DNA from: an uncultured Gemmatimonadales bacterium
GTDB lineage: Bacteria; Gemmatimonadota; Gemmatimonadetes; Gemmatimonadales; GWC2-71-9
Assembly (NCBI GenBank): GCA_963771275.1
Contig: CAVYSW010000010.1
Coordinates: forward strand, 512,001-576,000
DNA: 64,000 nt
Reading direction: 5' to 3'
Within the stretch, counting starts at the first letter, position 1, and every line of letters starts with the position of its first letter. The notes below the pieces were generated by a model. The model was not told the DNA's origin. It saw only the letters and a list, made by a program, of their open reading frames with translations, and searched no databases. A program made the translations under genes and the position numbers. Positions 29,600 to 39,019 of this stretch are shown here, piece by piece.

Positions 29600-30331
29600 G
29601 TGCCGCACGACACGGTGGTGGTCGTTTCCGACGCGCATTTGGGCCCCGACGCCGCGGCCGCGACGGCCGCGTTCCTGCGGTTTCTCGACGCGGTGCCCGA
29701 CCTGGGGCGTCATCTCGTGATCAACGGGGACCTGTTCGAGTTCTGGTTCGAATATGCGACGGTGATTCCGCGCCATGCCTTCCCGGTGCTCGCGGCGCTG
29801 GAGCGGGTCCGGCGCGCGGGGGTCGCGCTCACCCTGACCGGCGGGAATCACGATCGCTGGGGCGGCGCGTTCTGGGGCACGCAGCTCGGGGCCGCGTTCC
29901 ATCCCGCCGGGGCGTCGCTGACCCTCGCCGGCCGCCGGGCGCTCGTGATCCACGGCGACGGCGTTGCCGAGCAGCGCCGCGCCGCGCGCGCGTTACACGC
30001 CGTCACCCGATGGGCGCCGACGGCGACCCTGTTCCGGTGGCTGCATCCCGACCTCGGCATCCGGCTGGTCGGCGTGATGTCGGGCGTCCTGGCCGCGGAC
30101 ACCGGGGATCCCGCGACGATCGACCGCGCCGCGGGCGCGCAGGCCGCCTGGGCGCGGGACTATCTCGCCGCCCATCCCGACATCGAGCTGCTGGTGCTGG
30201 GGCACACGCACCGGCCCGCGCTCGAGGCGGCGGGACCCGGGCGCTGGTATCTCAATCCGGGCGCCTGGTTCGACGGCGGTCGCCATGCCGTGATCACCGC
30301 CGACGGGCCGGAGCTCCGCAGGTTCGGCTAG
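29600..30331 (+). CDS. lpxH: UDP-2,3-diacylglucosamine diphosphatase
   Basis: SDAHLG, GDLFEFW, GNHD, HGD, GHTH metallophosphoesterase motifs. Confidence 0.85.
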   Translation: MPHDTVVVVSDAHLGPDAAAATAAFLRFLDAVPDLGRHLVINGDLFEFWFEYATVIPRHAFPVLAALERVRRAGVALTLTGGNHDRWGGAFWGTQLGAAFHPAGASLTLAGRRALVIHGDGVAEQRRAARALHAVTRWAPTATLFRWLHPDLGIRLVGVMSGVLAADTGDPATIDRAAGAQAAWARDYLAAHPDIELLVLGHTHRPALEAAGPGRWYLNPGAWFDGGRHAVITADGPELRRFG

Positions 30332-30423
30332 GGCCGTTCCAACTCGTTGGAGCCGTTCCTCGAGAGGAACCAGGCCAGCAATCCGGCGGCCCGATCCACT
30401 GGGTGCGCGAGGTTGGAACGGTC

Positions 30424-30912
30424 CTAGGGCGGGATCCGGACCCGGAGCCCGATGCCGACTGCCCCAGACGGCAGCGGGCGGGTGTCGAGCTCCACCGGAA
30501 AATCCCACAGATACGCGGACACGTACGCTTCGGCGCCCGCGACCAGGTGGTTGAACGCGAGGAGCACGGCCCAGTCCTGGACCTCCTGCTTCTTGGCGCG
30601 GAGCCGCGCCGAGTCGCCGATGGCCTCGATGTAGTGGACCTGGTGGGCCGCTTTGAGGGTCATCGTCAGCGTGACGCCCTCCCACACCACGAAGAACGCG
30701 CCGGTCGCGCGCCGGCCCAGGACGGCCTGACCCCACCCCGGGAGAACCAACGAGCGCGCGAACGCACCGAGCGGCGAGATCGGCGGAGCGATGCGGAACG
30801 GGGGGATCTTGACGGTATCAGCGGCCCGTGTCGTATCCGACGGCCTGCGACTGATCGGGACGGGGACCTGGGCCTGCGCCGCGCCGGCCACGAGCACGAG
30901 GCTGGCGAGCAC
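30424..30912 (-). CDS. Hypothetical membrane/secreted protein (DUF5683-like)
   Basis: Signal AQAQ; SP.GA..RSLVLPGWGQ motif; start uncertain. Confidence 0.7.
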   Translation of the reverse strand: MLASLVLVAGAAQAQVPVPISRRPSDTTRAADTVKIPPFRIAPPISPLGAFARSLVLPGWGQAVLGRRATGAFFVVWEGVTLTMTLKAAHQVHYIEAIGDSARLRAKKQEVQDWAVLLAFNHLVAGAEAYVSAYLWDFPVELDTRPLPSGAVGIGLRVRIPP

Positions 30913-30959
30913 CGCTGCTAATGGCGGGGCCGCGCCTGATCGCGGAGCGCGCCGGGGGG

Positions 30960-31056
30960 TGGCGGGAGCGTGTGGGAATCGAACCCACCGGAGCCGCCAA
31001 TGGCGCCTCCCAACGGTTTTGAAGACCGCGCGGGACACCAGCCCCAATCCACCCCC
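30960..31056 (-). tRNA. selC: tRNA-Sec(TCA)
   Basis: About 97 nt, anticodon loop CTTCAAA, long variable arm, GGTTCGATTCC T-loop, encoded GCCA end. Confidence 0.92.
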
Positions 31057-31064
31057 CCGAGGCG

Positions 31065-31457
31065 TCACACCAGCGCCACGAGATCGATTTCGACCCGCGC
31101 GTTCTTGGGCAGAGTCTTCACCGCCACCGTGGAACGGGCCGGCCGGTGCGCCCCGAACTCGCGCGCGTACACCTCGTTCATGGCGGGGAAATCCGCCATC
31201 TCCGCCAGATACACCGTGGCCTTCACGACGCGGTCCAGGCTCGAGCCGGCGGCGGTGAGAATCGCGCGCAGATTCCCGAACACGCGCGCGGTCTGCGCAC
31301 CGATGTCCCCGTCGACCAGCTCCATCGTCTTGGGGTCCAGGGCCACCTGTCCGGCGGTGTAGACGAATCCGCCGGCGATGATACCCTGGCTGTACGGCCC
31401 GATCGCGGACGGTGCGCCCGGGGTCGCGACGGTCTGCATGCTTGCGGCCTTCATCAT
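31065..31457 (-). CDS. ridA: RidA family enamine/imine deaminase
   Basis: AP.AIGPYSQ, GQV, PARSTV.V..LP....VEI. Confidence 0.93.
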   Translation of the reverse strand: MMKAASMQTVATPGAPSAIGPYSQGIIAGGFVYTAGQVALDPKTMELVDGDIGAQTARVFGNLRAILTAAGSSLDRVVKATVYLAEMADFPAMNEVYAREFGAHRPARSTVAVKTLPKNARVEIDLVALV

Positions 31458-33130
31458 CAGAAGAGTCCCTCGATGGTGCCGTCCCCGTGCAGCCGGATCC
31501 GCTCCGCGGCGGGCGACTTGCTGAGGCCCGGCATGGTCATGATGTCGCCGGCGAGCGCTACGACGAAGCCGGCCCCTGCCGACGGGTACATGTCGCGGAT
31601 CGTGATGCGGAATCCGCGCGGCGCCGCCAGCAGCGCAGGGTTGTCACTGAACGAATACTGGGTCTTGGCGATGCACACCGGTGTCTCCCCCAGCCCGAAG
31701 TCGGCCAGCTGCTTCATGGCGCGCTCCGCCGGCGGCATGAAATCGACGCCATCGGCGCGGTAGATCCGCTGCGCGACGATCTCGATCTTCTCCCGGATGG
31801 GGAGCTTCACGTCGTACAACGGGGTGAACTTCGCCCCGCCCCGCTTGAGGGTGGCGAGCAGCAGGTCCGCCAGCTCCACGCCCCCGGCCCCGCCCTTTTC
31901 CCAGACCTCCGTCAGGGCGACCGGCACCTTGAGTGCCGCGCAGCCGTGACGGACGACGTCGAGCTCCGCGTCGCCATCGGTTACGAACCGGTTGAGCGAC
32001 ACGATGGTCGGCACGCCGAAGAGCGCCAGGTTCTCGAGATGCTGGCGCAGGTTGGCGAAGCCCTGCTCCACCGCCTTGGCGTTGGGGGGGGCCAGCTGGT
32101 CCTTCTGCAGCCCGCCGTGGAGCTTGAGCGCCCGGATGGTGGCGACGATGATGATGGCCTCCGGCGCCAGGCCGCCGAACCGGCACTTGATGTCGAGGAA
32201 CTTCTCGGCCCCGAGGTCGGCGCCGAACCCGGCTTCCGTGATCACGAGGTCCGCGAGGCGGAGCGCCGTGTCGGTCGCGATGATCGAGTTGCAGCCGTGG
32301 GCGATGTTGCCGAACGGGCCGCAGTGGACGAACGCGGGGCCGCCCTCGAGCGTCTGCACCAGGTTCGGCTGGATCGCGTCCTTCAGCAGCAGCGTCATCG
32401 ATCCCTGGGCCTTGAGGTCGGCCGCGCGCACCGGCTGCCTGGCCGTGGTCGATCCGACGATGATCCGTCCGAGGCGCTCCTCGAGGTCCGCCGGGCTGGA
32501 GGCGAGCGCCATGATCGCCTGGATCTCGCTCGCCGGCGTGATCACGAAGCGGTCCTGCCGCGGGACGCCGCCGCTGATCCCTCCCAGGCCGATGATGATG
32601 TCGCGCAGGGCACGATCGTTCATGTCCATCGTGCGCGGCCACGTGATGCGCCGGGGATCGATCGTGAGCGCGTTGCCGTGATGCAGGTGATTGTCGAGCA
32701 TCGCGGAGAGCAGGTTGTGCGCGGAGGAAATCGCGTGGAAGTCCCCGGTGAAGTGGAGGTTGATGTCCTCCATCGGGACCACCTGCGCGTAGCCGCCGCC
32801 CGCGGCGCCGCCCTTGATCCCGAACACGGGGCCCAGGCTCGGTTCGCGGATACAGCACACCGCCCGGTGCCCCTGGTGCTGCAGCGCCTGCGTGAGCCCG
32901 ATCGTGACGGTGGACTTCCCTTCGCCGGCTGCGGTGGGATTGATCCCGGTGACCAGGACGAGCTTGCCGCGCCTCGGCTTGCCGCCAACGGCGGCGAGCC
33001 GGATCTTGGCCTTGGTGTGGCCGTACGGAATGAGATCGTCGGCCGTGAGACCCAGTGCCCGCGCCACCTCCGTGATCGGACGCAATTTGGCGGCCTGCGC
33101 AATGGCGATATCGGACGGAACGTTGGTCAT
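31457..33130 (-). CDS. fhs: Formate--tetrahydrofolate ligase
   Basis: PTAAGEGKST, REPSLGPVFGIKGGAAGGG, HFTGDFHAI, GPFGNIAHG, IMTMPGL. Confidence 0.97.
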   Translation of the reverse strand: MTNVPSDIAIAQAAKLRPITEVARALGLTADDLIPYGHTKAKIRLAAVGGKPRRGKLVLVTGINPTAAGEGKSTVTIGLTQALQHQGHRAVCCIREPSLGPVFGIKGGAAGGGYAQVVPMEDINLHFTGDFHAISSAHNLLSAMLDNHLHHGNALTIDPRRITWPRTMDMNDRALRDIIIGLGGISGGVPRQDRFVITPASEIQAIMALASSPADLEERLGRIIVGSTTARQPVRAADLKAQGSMTLLLKDAIQPNLVQTLEGGPAFVHCGPFGNIAHGCNSIIATDTALRLADLVITEAGFGADLGAEKFLDIKCRFGGLAPEAIIIVATIRALKLHGGLQKDQLAPPNAKAVEQGFANLRQHLENLALFGVPTIVSLNRFVTDGDAELDVVRHGCAALKVPVALTEVWEKGGAGGVELADLLLATLKRGGAKFTPLYDVKLPIREKIEIVAQRIYRADGVDFMPPAERAMKQLADFGLGETPVCIAKTQYSFSDNPALLAAPRGFRITIRDMYPSAGAGFVVALAGDIMTMPGLSKSPAAERIRLHGDGTIEGLF

Positions 33131-33914
33131 AGGTCGGCAGACATGGGTTGGGCAACGCGCTCGCCGAAGCAGCGCGCCGCGTTCGTCGTCGTGAGGGCCG
33201 CGAGCGCGGCAGGGTCGAGCCCGCGTAGCTGCGCGAGGCGCTCGGCGACCTGCCGGACGTAGGCGGGCTCGTTCCGCTTGCCGCGGTACGGGACCGGGGC
33301 CAGGTACGGCGCATCGGTCTCGACCAACAGCCGGTCCGCCGGGCACGCGGCCACGACGTCCACCTGGCGCCAGGTGCGGAAGGTGATCATCCCGCTGAAG
33401 GAAAAATACGCACCGATCGCGAGCCCCGCTTCGAGCAGCATGGGGCCGCCGCTGAACGAGTGCAGCACGACCGGCGGGCCTCCCGGGCCCGCGGTCCGCA
33501 GCGCCGCGGCGACGTCCTGATCGGCATCGCGGGCGTGGACGACCACCGGTTTGCCGCAGTCGGCTGCGATGATCAGCTGGGCCTCGAAGGCCCGGCGCTG
33601 CAGGTCCCGGGGGAAAAGTCGTAGTGGTAGTCGAGCCCGGTCTCGCCGACCGCGACGACATGCGGGTCCGCCACCGCATCCTCGAGGGCATCCCGCACGG
33701 CGGGGCTCCAGACCCTGGCCTCGTGCGGGTGCACGCCGGCTGTCGCCGAGCAGCGGTAGGTTGCCGCCAGCGCGCGCACGCGGGCACTCGCAGGGATCGA
33801 GTCGGCGACGATCACGACGTGGCCCACGTCCGCGGCGCGGGCGTGGGCCATGACCGTGGCGTGATCCTCGTCGAACGCCGCGTCGCCCAGATGGCAGTGC
33901 GTGTCGACGAGCAC
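33127..33914 (-). CDS. tatD: TatD family nuclease, frameshifted at about 33610
   Basis: VDTHCHL, GVHPH, VGETGLDYHY in one frame; HAR, HSF, ETDAPYL.P.P.RG.RNEP in another. Confidence 0.9.
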
Positions 33915-33925
33915 CGCGCGGGCCG

Positions 33926-34897
33926 TCAGCTGGCCTGGGGTGCGCTGCGGCCGGCCGGCGCCACCGCCCGTGTGCCGTGCACGTCTTCACCCGGCCAGCG
34001 GCGCTCGATCCACAGCAGCACCGGCGAGGCAATGAACCAGGAGGAGAACGTCCCCACCACGATGCCGAAGGTCATCACCCAGGCGAAGCTCCGGATGACC
34101 GCGCCCCCGAAGATGAGCAGCGCCAGCACCGCGGCCAGGGTGGTGCCCCCGGTGAGCACCGTCCGCGGCAGCACTTCGTTGACGCTGCGGTTGAGGATGT
34201 CGTGAATCTGGCCCCGCTTGTACTTTCGCAGATTCTCGCGCACCCGGTCGAACACGATGATCGTGTCGTTCATCGAGTAGCCGACGATCGTCAGCACGGC
34301 CGCTACCACGACCAGGCTCACCTCGAGGTTCATCAGGGCCAGGAACGAGATCGTGACGACGACGTCGTGAGCGGTTGCCGCGATCGCCGCGATGGCGAAG
34401 CGCCACTCGAACCGGACCGTGAGGTAGATGAGCGTGGCGCCGAACGACAGCAGGATGGCGAGCAGCGCCTTGCTCCGGAGCTCCCCGCCGACCTTGGGGC
34501 TGATCGCCTCCGCGCGCTCGATCGTGTAGCTTCCGGCGCCGAACGCGCCGGCCAGGGTCGAGTCGACGTTGCGGGCCGTCTCCTGGACGCCGGCGTCCTG
34601 ACCCGCCCCCGCCACGATTGGTGCGCGCAGCTCGAAGTCGCTCTCCGTCCCAAACGTGTTCAGCTCGATGCCGGTGATGCCGTTGGTGGCGAGCGCGCCG
34701 CGGATCCGGCCGATCGTGATGGCCGGGTCGGTGGCGTGGATCTGGAGCAACGCTCCGCCGGTGAACTCGATGCTCTCGTTGAGACCGCGCACACCCAGGT
34801 CCGCAAGGCCCGCGATGGCGATGACGGCGGTGACGGCGTAAGCGTACTTGCGGACGCGCAGGAAGTCGTAGTCGGCCTTGTCGAAGAACCTGAACAT
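33926..34897 (-). CDS. secF: Protein translocase subunit SecF
   Basis: IEFTGG, HDV, GYSMNDTIIVFDRVRE. Confidence 0.96.
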   Translation of the reverse strand: MFRFFDKADYDFLRVRKYAYAVTAVIAIAGLADLGVRGLNESIEFTGGALLQIHATDPAITIGRIRGALATNGITGIELNTFGTESDFELRAPIVAGAGQDAGVQETARNVDSTLAGAFGAGSYTIERAEAISPKVGGELRSKALLAILLSFGATLIYLTVRFEWRFAIAAIAATAHDVVVTISFLALMNLEVSLVVVAAVLTIVGYSMNDTIIVFDRVRENLRKYKRGQIHDILNRSVNEVLPRTVLTGGTTLAAVLALLIFGGAVIRSFAWVMTFGIVVGTFSSWFIASPVLLWIERRWPGEDVHGTRAVAPAGRSAPQAS

Positions 34898-36564
34898 CAG
34901 ATCGCGAACTCCCGGGTGGTCGTCCGCCGGTCGAGCCAGATCAGGAAGAACGTCTTGGTCACGAACACGGCCGTGATGAACGAGGCGAAGATGCCGATGA
35001 TGAGCGTCACGGCGAACCCCTTGACGGGTCCCGTGCCGAACTGGAAGAGGAACAGGGCCGTGAGCACGGTCGTCAGGTTGGAGTCCACGATCGCCGGCAT
35101 CGCATGCTCGAAGCCGAGCTCCGTGGCGACGCGGGCCGTCTTGCCGGCCTCGAGCTCCTCGCGAATGCGCTCGAAGATCAGCACGTTCGCGTCGACGGCC
35201 ATCCCGATCGAGAGGACCAGCCCGGCAAGCCCCGGCAGCGTCAGCGTTCCCCCGAAGGCGGCGAGCCCGCCCATCGTGAAGATCAGATACAACGTCAGGG
35301 CGGTGATCGCGAGCAGGCCGGCGAAGCGGTAGTAGACCGCCATGATGAGGATGACCGCCACCGTCCCCACGATGATCGCTGTGATGCCCTTGTGAATCGA
35401 ATCCTCGCCGAGCGTCGCGCCGACGGTCCGCTCCTCGACGATGTGGAGCGGCGCGGGCAACGCGCCGGCGCGCAGCACCAGGGCCAGATCCTGGGCCTCC
35501 CGCAGGTCCGCGTTGCCCATCTCGATCTGGCCGTCGCGCCCGATCTGGGAGCGAATCACTGGGGGCTGACTCTGGACCCGGCCGTCCAGGATGATCGCCA
35601 TGTGATCGCCGATGTGCCGGCCCGTCTCGCGGCTGAAGATGCGGCCGCCCGCCCGCGTGAGCTGGAACCGCACGATCGCCCCGCCGGCGGTCTGGTCGAT
35701 GGTCGCCGACGCGTCGGCCAGCTGGTCGCCGGTGATGATCGGCCGGCGGTCCACCGCGTAGATCGGCCGGTACGAGCGTCCGCCCAGGGACCGCGCCTGG
35801 GCACCCCAGATCAGCTCGAGGCCGCGCGGGACCTCCCGCACGGCTTCCGGCAGGTGGATGATGCTGTCGACGCGCGCGTAGCTCTCCTCCGGGACGAGAA
35901 ACTCGCCGGGCAGCTGCCCCTCGAACATCAGGCTCGAGAGCGGCCCGCCCGTGGCGCTCGTGTCCGCGGCGCTCGTGTCCGCCGCCGTTGTGTCGGCCCG
36001 CGTCGAGTCGGAGGTGGTATCCCGGGTCGAATCAGTCTTGAGCAGCTGCTCGATGGCGGCCGGCGATCGCTGGGGTGCGGCGCCGCCGGTGACGCCGGCC
36101 AGCCGGAGCGCCCGATCGATCCGCGGCAGTGCCTCGCGAAACTGGTTCTGCATGTCGGTGATGCGGAACTCGAGGAACGCCGAACGCAGCACGATCGCTT
36201 TGGCCCGCGCCGGGTCGCGCTCCCCCGGCAGCTCGATGATGATCCGGTCGGTCCCGGCCTTCTGGACCAGCGGCTCGCTCACACCGAACTGGTCGATCCG
36301 GGTGCGGATCACGGTGAGCGCACGGTCGATGGCGTCGGACGGGTTCGCCACGGCGCCCTTGCTCTGGTCGACTTCGAGCGCGAGGTGAATGCCACCCTGC
36401 AGGTCGAGCCCGAATTTCAGGGGCGTCCGGTCCATGACCGTGTCCTGCATAACGCCCTGGGCGTTCAGCTGGCGCATGGTGACCTGGCGCGGCCACAGCG
36501 ACCACCCGGCCAGGGCGAGGAGCAGGCCGATCAAAATCAGCCGGTTTCGAATGGAGCTCAGCAT
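34897..36564 (-). CDS. secD: Protein translocase subunit SecD
   Basis: GLDLQGG, LRAGALP, GMAVDANVLIFERIREE, GTGPVKGFA. Confidence 0.97.
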   Translation of the reverse strand: MLSSIRNRLILIGLLLALAGWSLWPRQVTMRQLNAQGVMQDTVMDRTPLKFGLDLQGGIHLALEVDQSKGAVANPSDAIDRALTVIRTRIDQFGVSEPLVQKAGTDRIIIELPGERDPARAKAIVLRSAFLEFRITDMQNQFREALPRIDRALRLAGVTGGAAPQRSPAAIEQLLKTDSTRDTTSDSTRADTTAADTSAADTSATGGPLSSLMFEGQLPGEFLVPEESYARVDSIIHLPEAVREVPRGLELIWGAQARSLGGRSYRPIYAVDRRPIITGDQLADASATIDQTAGGAIVRFQLTRAGGRIFSRETGRHIGDHMAIILDGRVQSQPPVIRSQIGRDGQIEMGNADLREAQDLALVLRAGALPAPLHIVEERTVGATLGEDSIHKGITAIIVGTVAVILIMAVYYRFAGLLAITALTLYLIFTMGGLAAFGGTLTLPGLAGLVLSIGMAVDANVLIFERIREELEAGKTARVATELGFEHAMPAIVDSNLTTVLTALFLFQFGTGPVKGFAVTLIIGIFASFITAVFVTKTFFLIWLDRRTTTREFAI

Positions 36565-36590
36565 AGGCTAGGGTTCAAAGCCTCAAGAAG

Positions 36591-37502
36591 TTAACCAGGG
36601 GTCCCGCCCGGTGGCACTCCCAGGGCGCGCCGCGCCGCCGCGGCATCGCGCCCGAGCTGGCGGCGCAGCGCCTCCGGAGAGCCGAAGTCTAACACGTCCC
36701 GGAGCCGGGCCAGCCAGGTGATCTTGACCGGCTCACCGTACAGGTCTTCCCCGTGGTCGAACAGGTGGGCTTCCAGGTGCCGCCCCGTTTCAGCGAACGT
36801 GGGCCGGGGCCCGATGTGCATCATCGCGCCGGCGGCGCCGTCGGCCCATTCTACCCGCGCGGCATAGACGCCGTCGGGCGGGAGCAGCTTGCGGGGGTCC
36901 GGCACGGCCACGTTGATCGTCGGGTATCCCAGCCCGCGTCCCCGCGCCGCGCCGCGCATCACGGTGCCCGTCATGGAATAGCGCCGCCCGAGGTGGTGCG
37001 CCGCCGTGGCGAGATCGCCGCCGGCGATGGCGCGCCGGATCAGGGTCGACGAGACTTCCCGGCCGTCGACCGACACGGCCTGCACGACGTCCACCGCGAA
37101 GCCGAGCTGCGCGCCGAGCTGCTGCAGCAGCCGCATGTCACCCGCCCGCCCGCGGCCGAACCCATGATCGTGGCCGATCACCAGCTCGGCGAGGGTGAAC
37201 CGGTCCAGCAGCAGCCGGACGAACGCTTCCGGCGGGTACTGCGACAGCTCCCGGGTGAACGGGATGAAGGCGACGCCGTCCACCGGGCTCTGGGCGAACA
37301 GCTCCCGCCGCTCGTCGTCGAGCGTCAGCAGCGGTGGGGCGGCCTGGGGGTTGACGATCTCCAGCGGATGCGGCGTGAAGGTCACGGCGAGACTGCGGCG
37401 GCCGGTCCGCCGGGCGCGCGCGGCGATCTCGGCGAGCACCGCGCGGTGCCCGAGATGGAGCCCGTCGAAGCTCCCGACCGTGACGACCGTCTGCCCGTTC
37501 AT
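36591..37502 (-). CDS. ribF: Bifunctional riboflavin kinase/FAD synthetase
   Basis: GSFDGLHLGH, VSST.IR, G.GLGYPTIN, GPRPTF, EAHL. Confidence 0.96.
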   Translation of the reverse strand: MNGQTVVTVGSFDGLHLGHRAVLAEIAARARRTGRRSLAVTFTPHPLEIVNPQAAPPLLTLDDERRELFAQSPVDGVAFIPFTRELSQYPPEAFVRLLLDRFTLAELVIGHDHGFGRGRAGDMRLLQQLGAQLGFAVDVVQAVSVDGREVSSTLIRRAIAGGDLATAAHHLGRRYSMTGTVMRGAARGRGLGYPTINVAVPDPRKLLPPDGVYAARVEWADGAAGAMMHIGPRPTFAETGRHLEAHLFDHGEDLYGEPVKITWLARLRDVLDFGSPEALRRQLGRDAAAARRALGVPPGGTPG

Positions 37503-38356
37503 TCCTCCAGCACCACCTTCGGGGCCAGCGCGCCGTCCCGCGGCACGGCGATCGCGACCAAGTGGCCGTCCGCCAGTAACGCCACCGGCCCGGCGCCTGC
37601 GGCCTCCGCGGGGACCGGCCGGCCGTGTCGTACCAGCGCGTGCTCCTCCGCCGTGAGCGGCCGCGCGGGCAGGTGGGAAACGGCGGCGGTCATGTCACGG
37701 AGCGGGACGTCGCCGGCGGCCAGCGCCACCAGCGGGGTGGCGTCCTCCACCCGCCACGGACCGACCCGCGTGCGGCGCAGGGTGAGCAGGTGCGCGCCGC
37801 AGCCGAGCGCCTCGCCCAGATCGCGGGCCAAGGCGCGCACATACGTGCCGCTCCCCACCTCGGCCTCGAACGCGACGGTGGCGCCGTCGCGGCCCGTGAG
37901 GTCGAACCGGTGCACCACGACGCGCGCGGGCGCCAGGGCGACGGTCTCGCCGCGCCGCGCCCGCCGATGAGCCGGCGTGCCGCCGAGCTTCTTCGCCGAG
38001 AACGCCGGTGGTACCTGGTCCAATGTGCCCGTCAGATCCAGCATGGCCTCCCGCAGGCGCTCGTCCGATACCTGACGCCAGGACTCGTTGGTTGCGGTCA
38101 CGGTTCCGGTCGCATCGTCGGTGGCGGTGCGGATGCCCAACCGGAGCGTGCCGGTGTAGCACTTGCCGAGCCCCGCGAGGAACGGCATCAGGCGCGTCGC
38201 CCGGCCCGTGAGCAGCGGGAGCAGACCCGACGCGGCCGGGTCGAGGGTCCCCGCGTGGCCTACGCGGCGGGTGCCGAGCATCCGGCGGGCCAGCGCGACG
38301 ACGTCGTGCGACGTCGGCCCGGCGGGCTTGTCGACCAGCAGGAATCCGTCGTTCAG
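37499..38356 (-). CDS. truB: tRNA pseudouridine(55) synthase (probable CTG start)
   Basis: GFLLVDKPAGPTSHDVV, VGHAGTLDP, PP.FSA.K, GTYVRALARD. Confidence 0.95.
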   Translation of the reverse strand: MNDGFLLVDKPAGPTSHDVVALARRMLGTRRVGHAGTLDPAASGLLPLLTGRATRLMPFLAGLGKCYTGTLRLGIRTATDDATGTVTATNESWRQVSDERLREAMLDLTGTLDQVPPAFSAKKLGGTPAHRRARRGETVALAPARVVVHRFDLTGRDGATVAFEAEVGSGTYVRALARDLGEALGCGAHLLTLRRTRVGPWRVEDATPLVALAAGDVPLRDMTAAVSHLPARPLTAEEHALVRHGRPVPAEAAGAGPVALLADGHLVAIAVPRDGALAPKVVLEE

Positions 38357-38718
38357 GAGTCGCCGCTGCCCCGTCGCAGGTCCTCGAGAATCCGGTCGAT
38401 CCGCTGGGCATGCTCGATACCCCGGTCGAGCACGAAGTGCAGCTCCGGCGTCACACGCATTGCCAGGCGCTGCGCGAGGTGGCTCCGCAGGAACCCCCGG
38501 GCGTGCTCGAGGCCCTCGAGCGCGCGCGTCTTCTCCTCCTCGGTCCCCATGACGCTGACCCGCACGGTGGCGTGGGCGCCATCCGGGGTCACGGTGGCGC
38601 CAATCAGCGTCACGAAGCCGACGCGCGGGTCCTTGATCTGCTGGGTCAGGGCCTGGGCCAGCGTCTCGTGAATCAGCGCGGCCAGGCGCTCCGGCCGATG
38701 GCGGCTCGCCCGTCTCAC
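38353..38718 (-). CDS. rbfA: Ribosome-binding factor A
   Basis: IKDPR, GFLRS.L, R.TPEL.F..D. Confidence 0.95.
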   Translation of the reverse strand: MRRASRHRPERLAALIHETLAQALTQQIKDPRVGFVTLIGATVTPDGAHATVRVSVMGTEEEKTRALEGLEHARGFLRSHLAQRLAMRVTPELHFVLDRGIEHAQRIDRILEDLRRGSGDS

Positions 38719-38996
38719 AGGAAGCTCATGGTCGAATCAATGATGCGCGCCAGGCCGTCACCCGCGACGAGTCGATCCGCGGAGCCGAGCACCGCCTCCG
38801 CGTGATGCCGGTCGGTCGCGACCACCGAGCATGTCAACTCGCCCCGCTGCCACAGGTCGTGATGCGCCGTCTCGGCGACCGACACGTTGAACCGGTGATG
38901 CAGCCGGTCCTTCAGGCTCTTGAGGATCCGGCGCTTGTCCTTGAGCGAGGCGCACCCCTCGAAGTGCAGATCCCAGGTCACGACGCCCACGACCAT
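38715..38996 (-). CDS. DUF503/YlxP family protein
   Basis: SLKDKR, FNVSVAE...HDLWQR; typical position between infB and rbfA. Confidence 0.9.
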   Translation of the reverse strand: MVVGVVTWDLHFEGCASLKDKRRILKSLKDRLHHRFNVSVAETAHHDLWQRGELTCSVVATDRHHAEAVLGSADRLVAGDGLARIIDSTMSFL

Positions 38997-39019
38997 GGCG
39001 GCTCCCGCGACCGGGCCCC

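Noticed and set aside
31457..33787. Long N-terminal extensions of fhs (also murA, rdgB, the histidine kinase, HD-GYP and MBL ORFs in the track)
   Set aside because: The extensions overlap upstream genes in another frame and have low-complexity Arg/Pro/Gly composition; true starts are at stop/start overlaps or nearby promoters.
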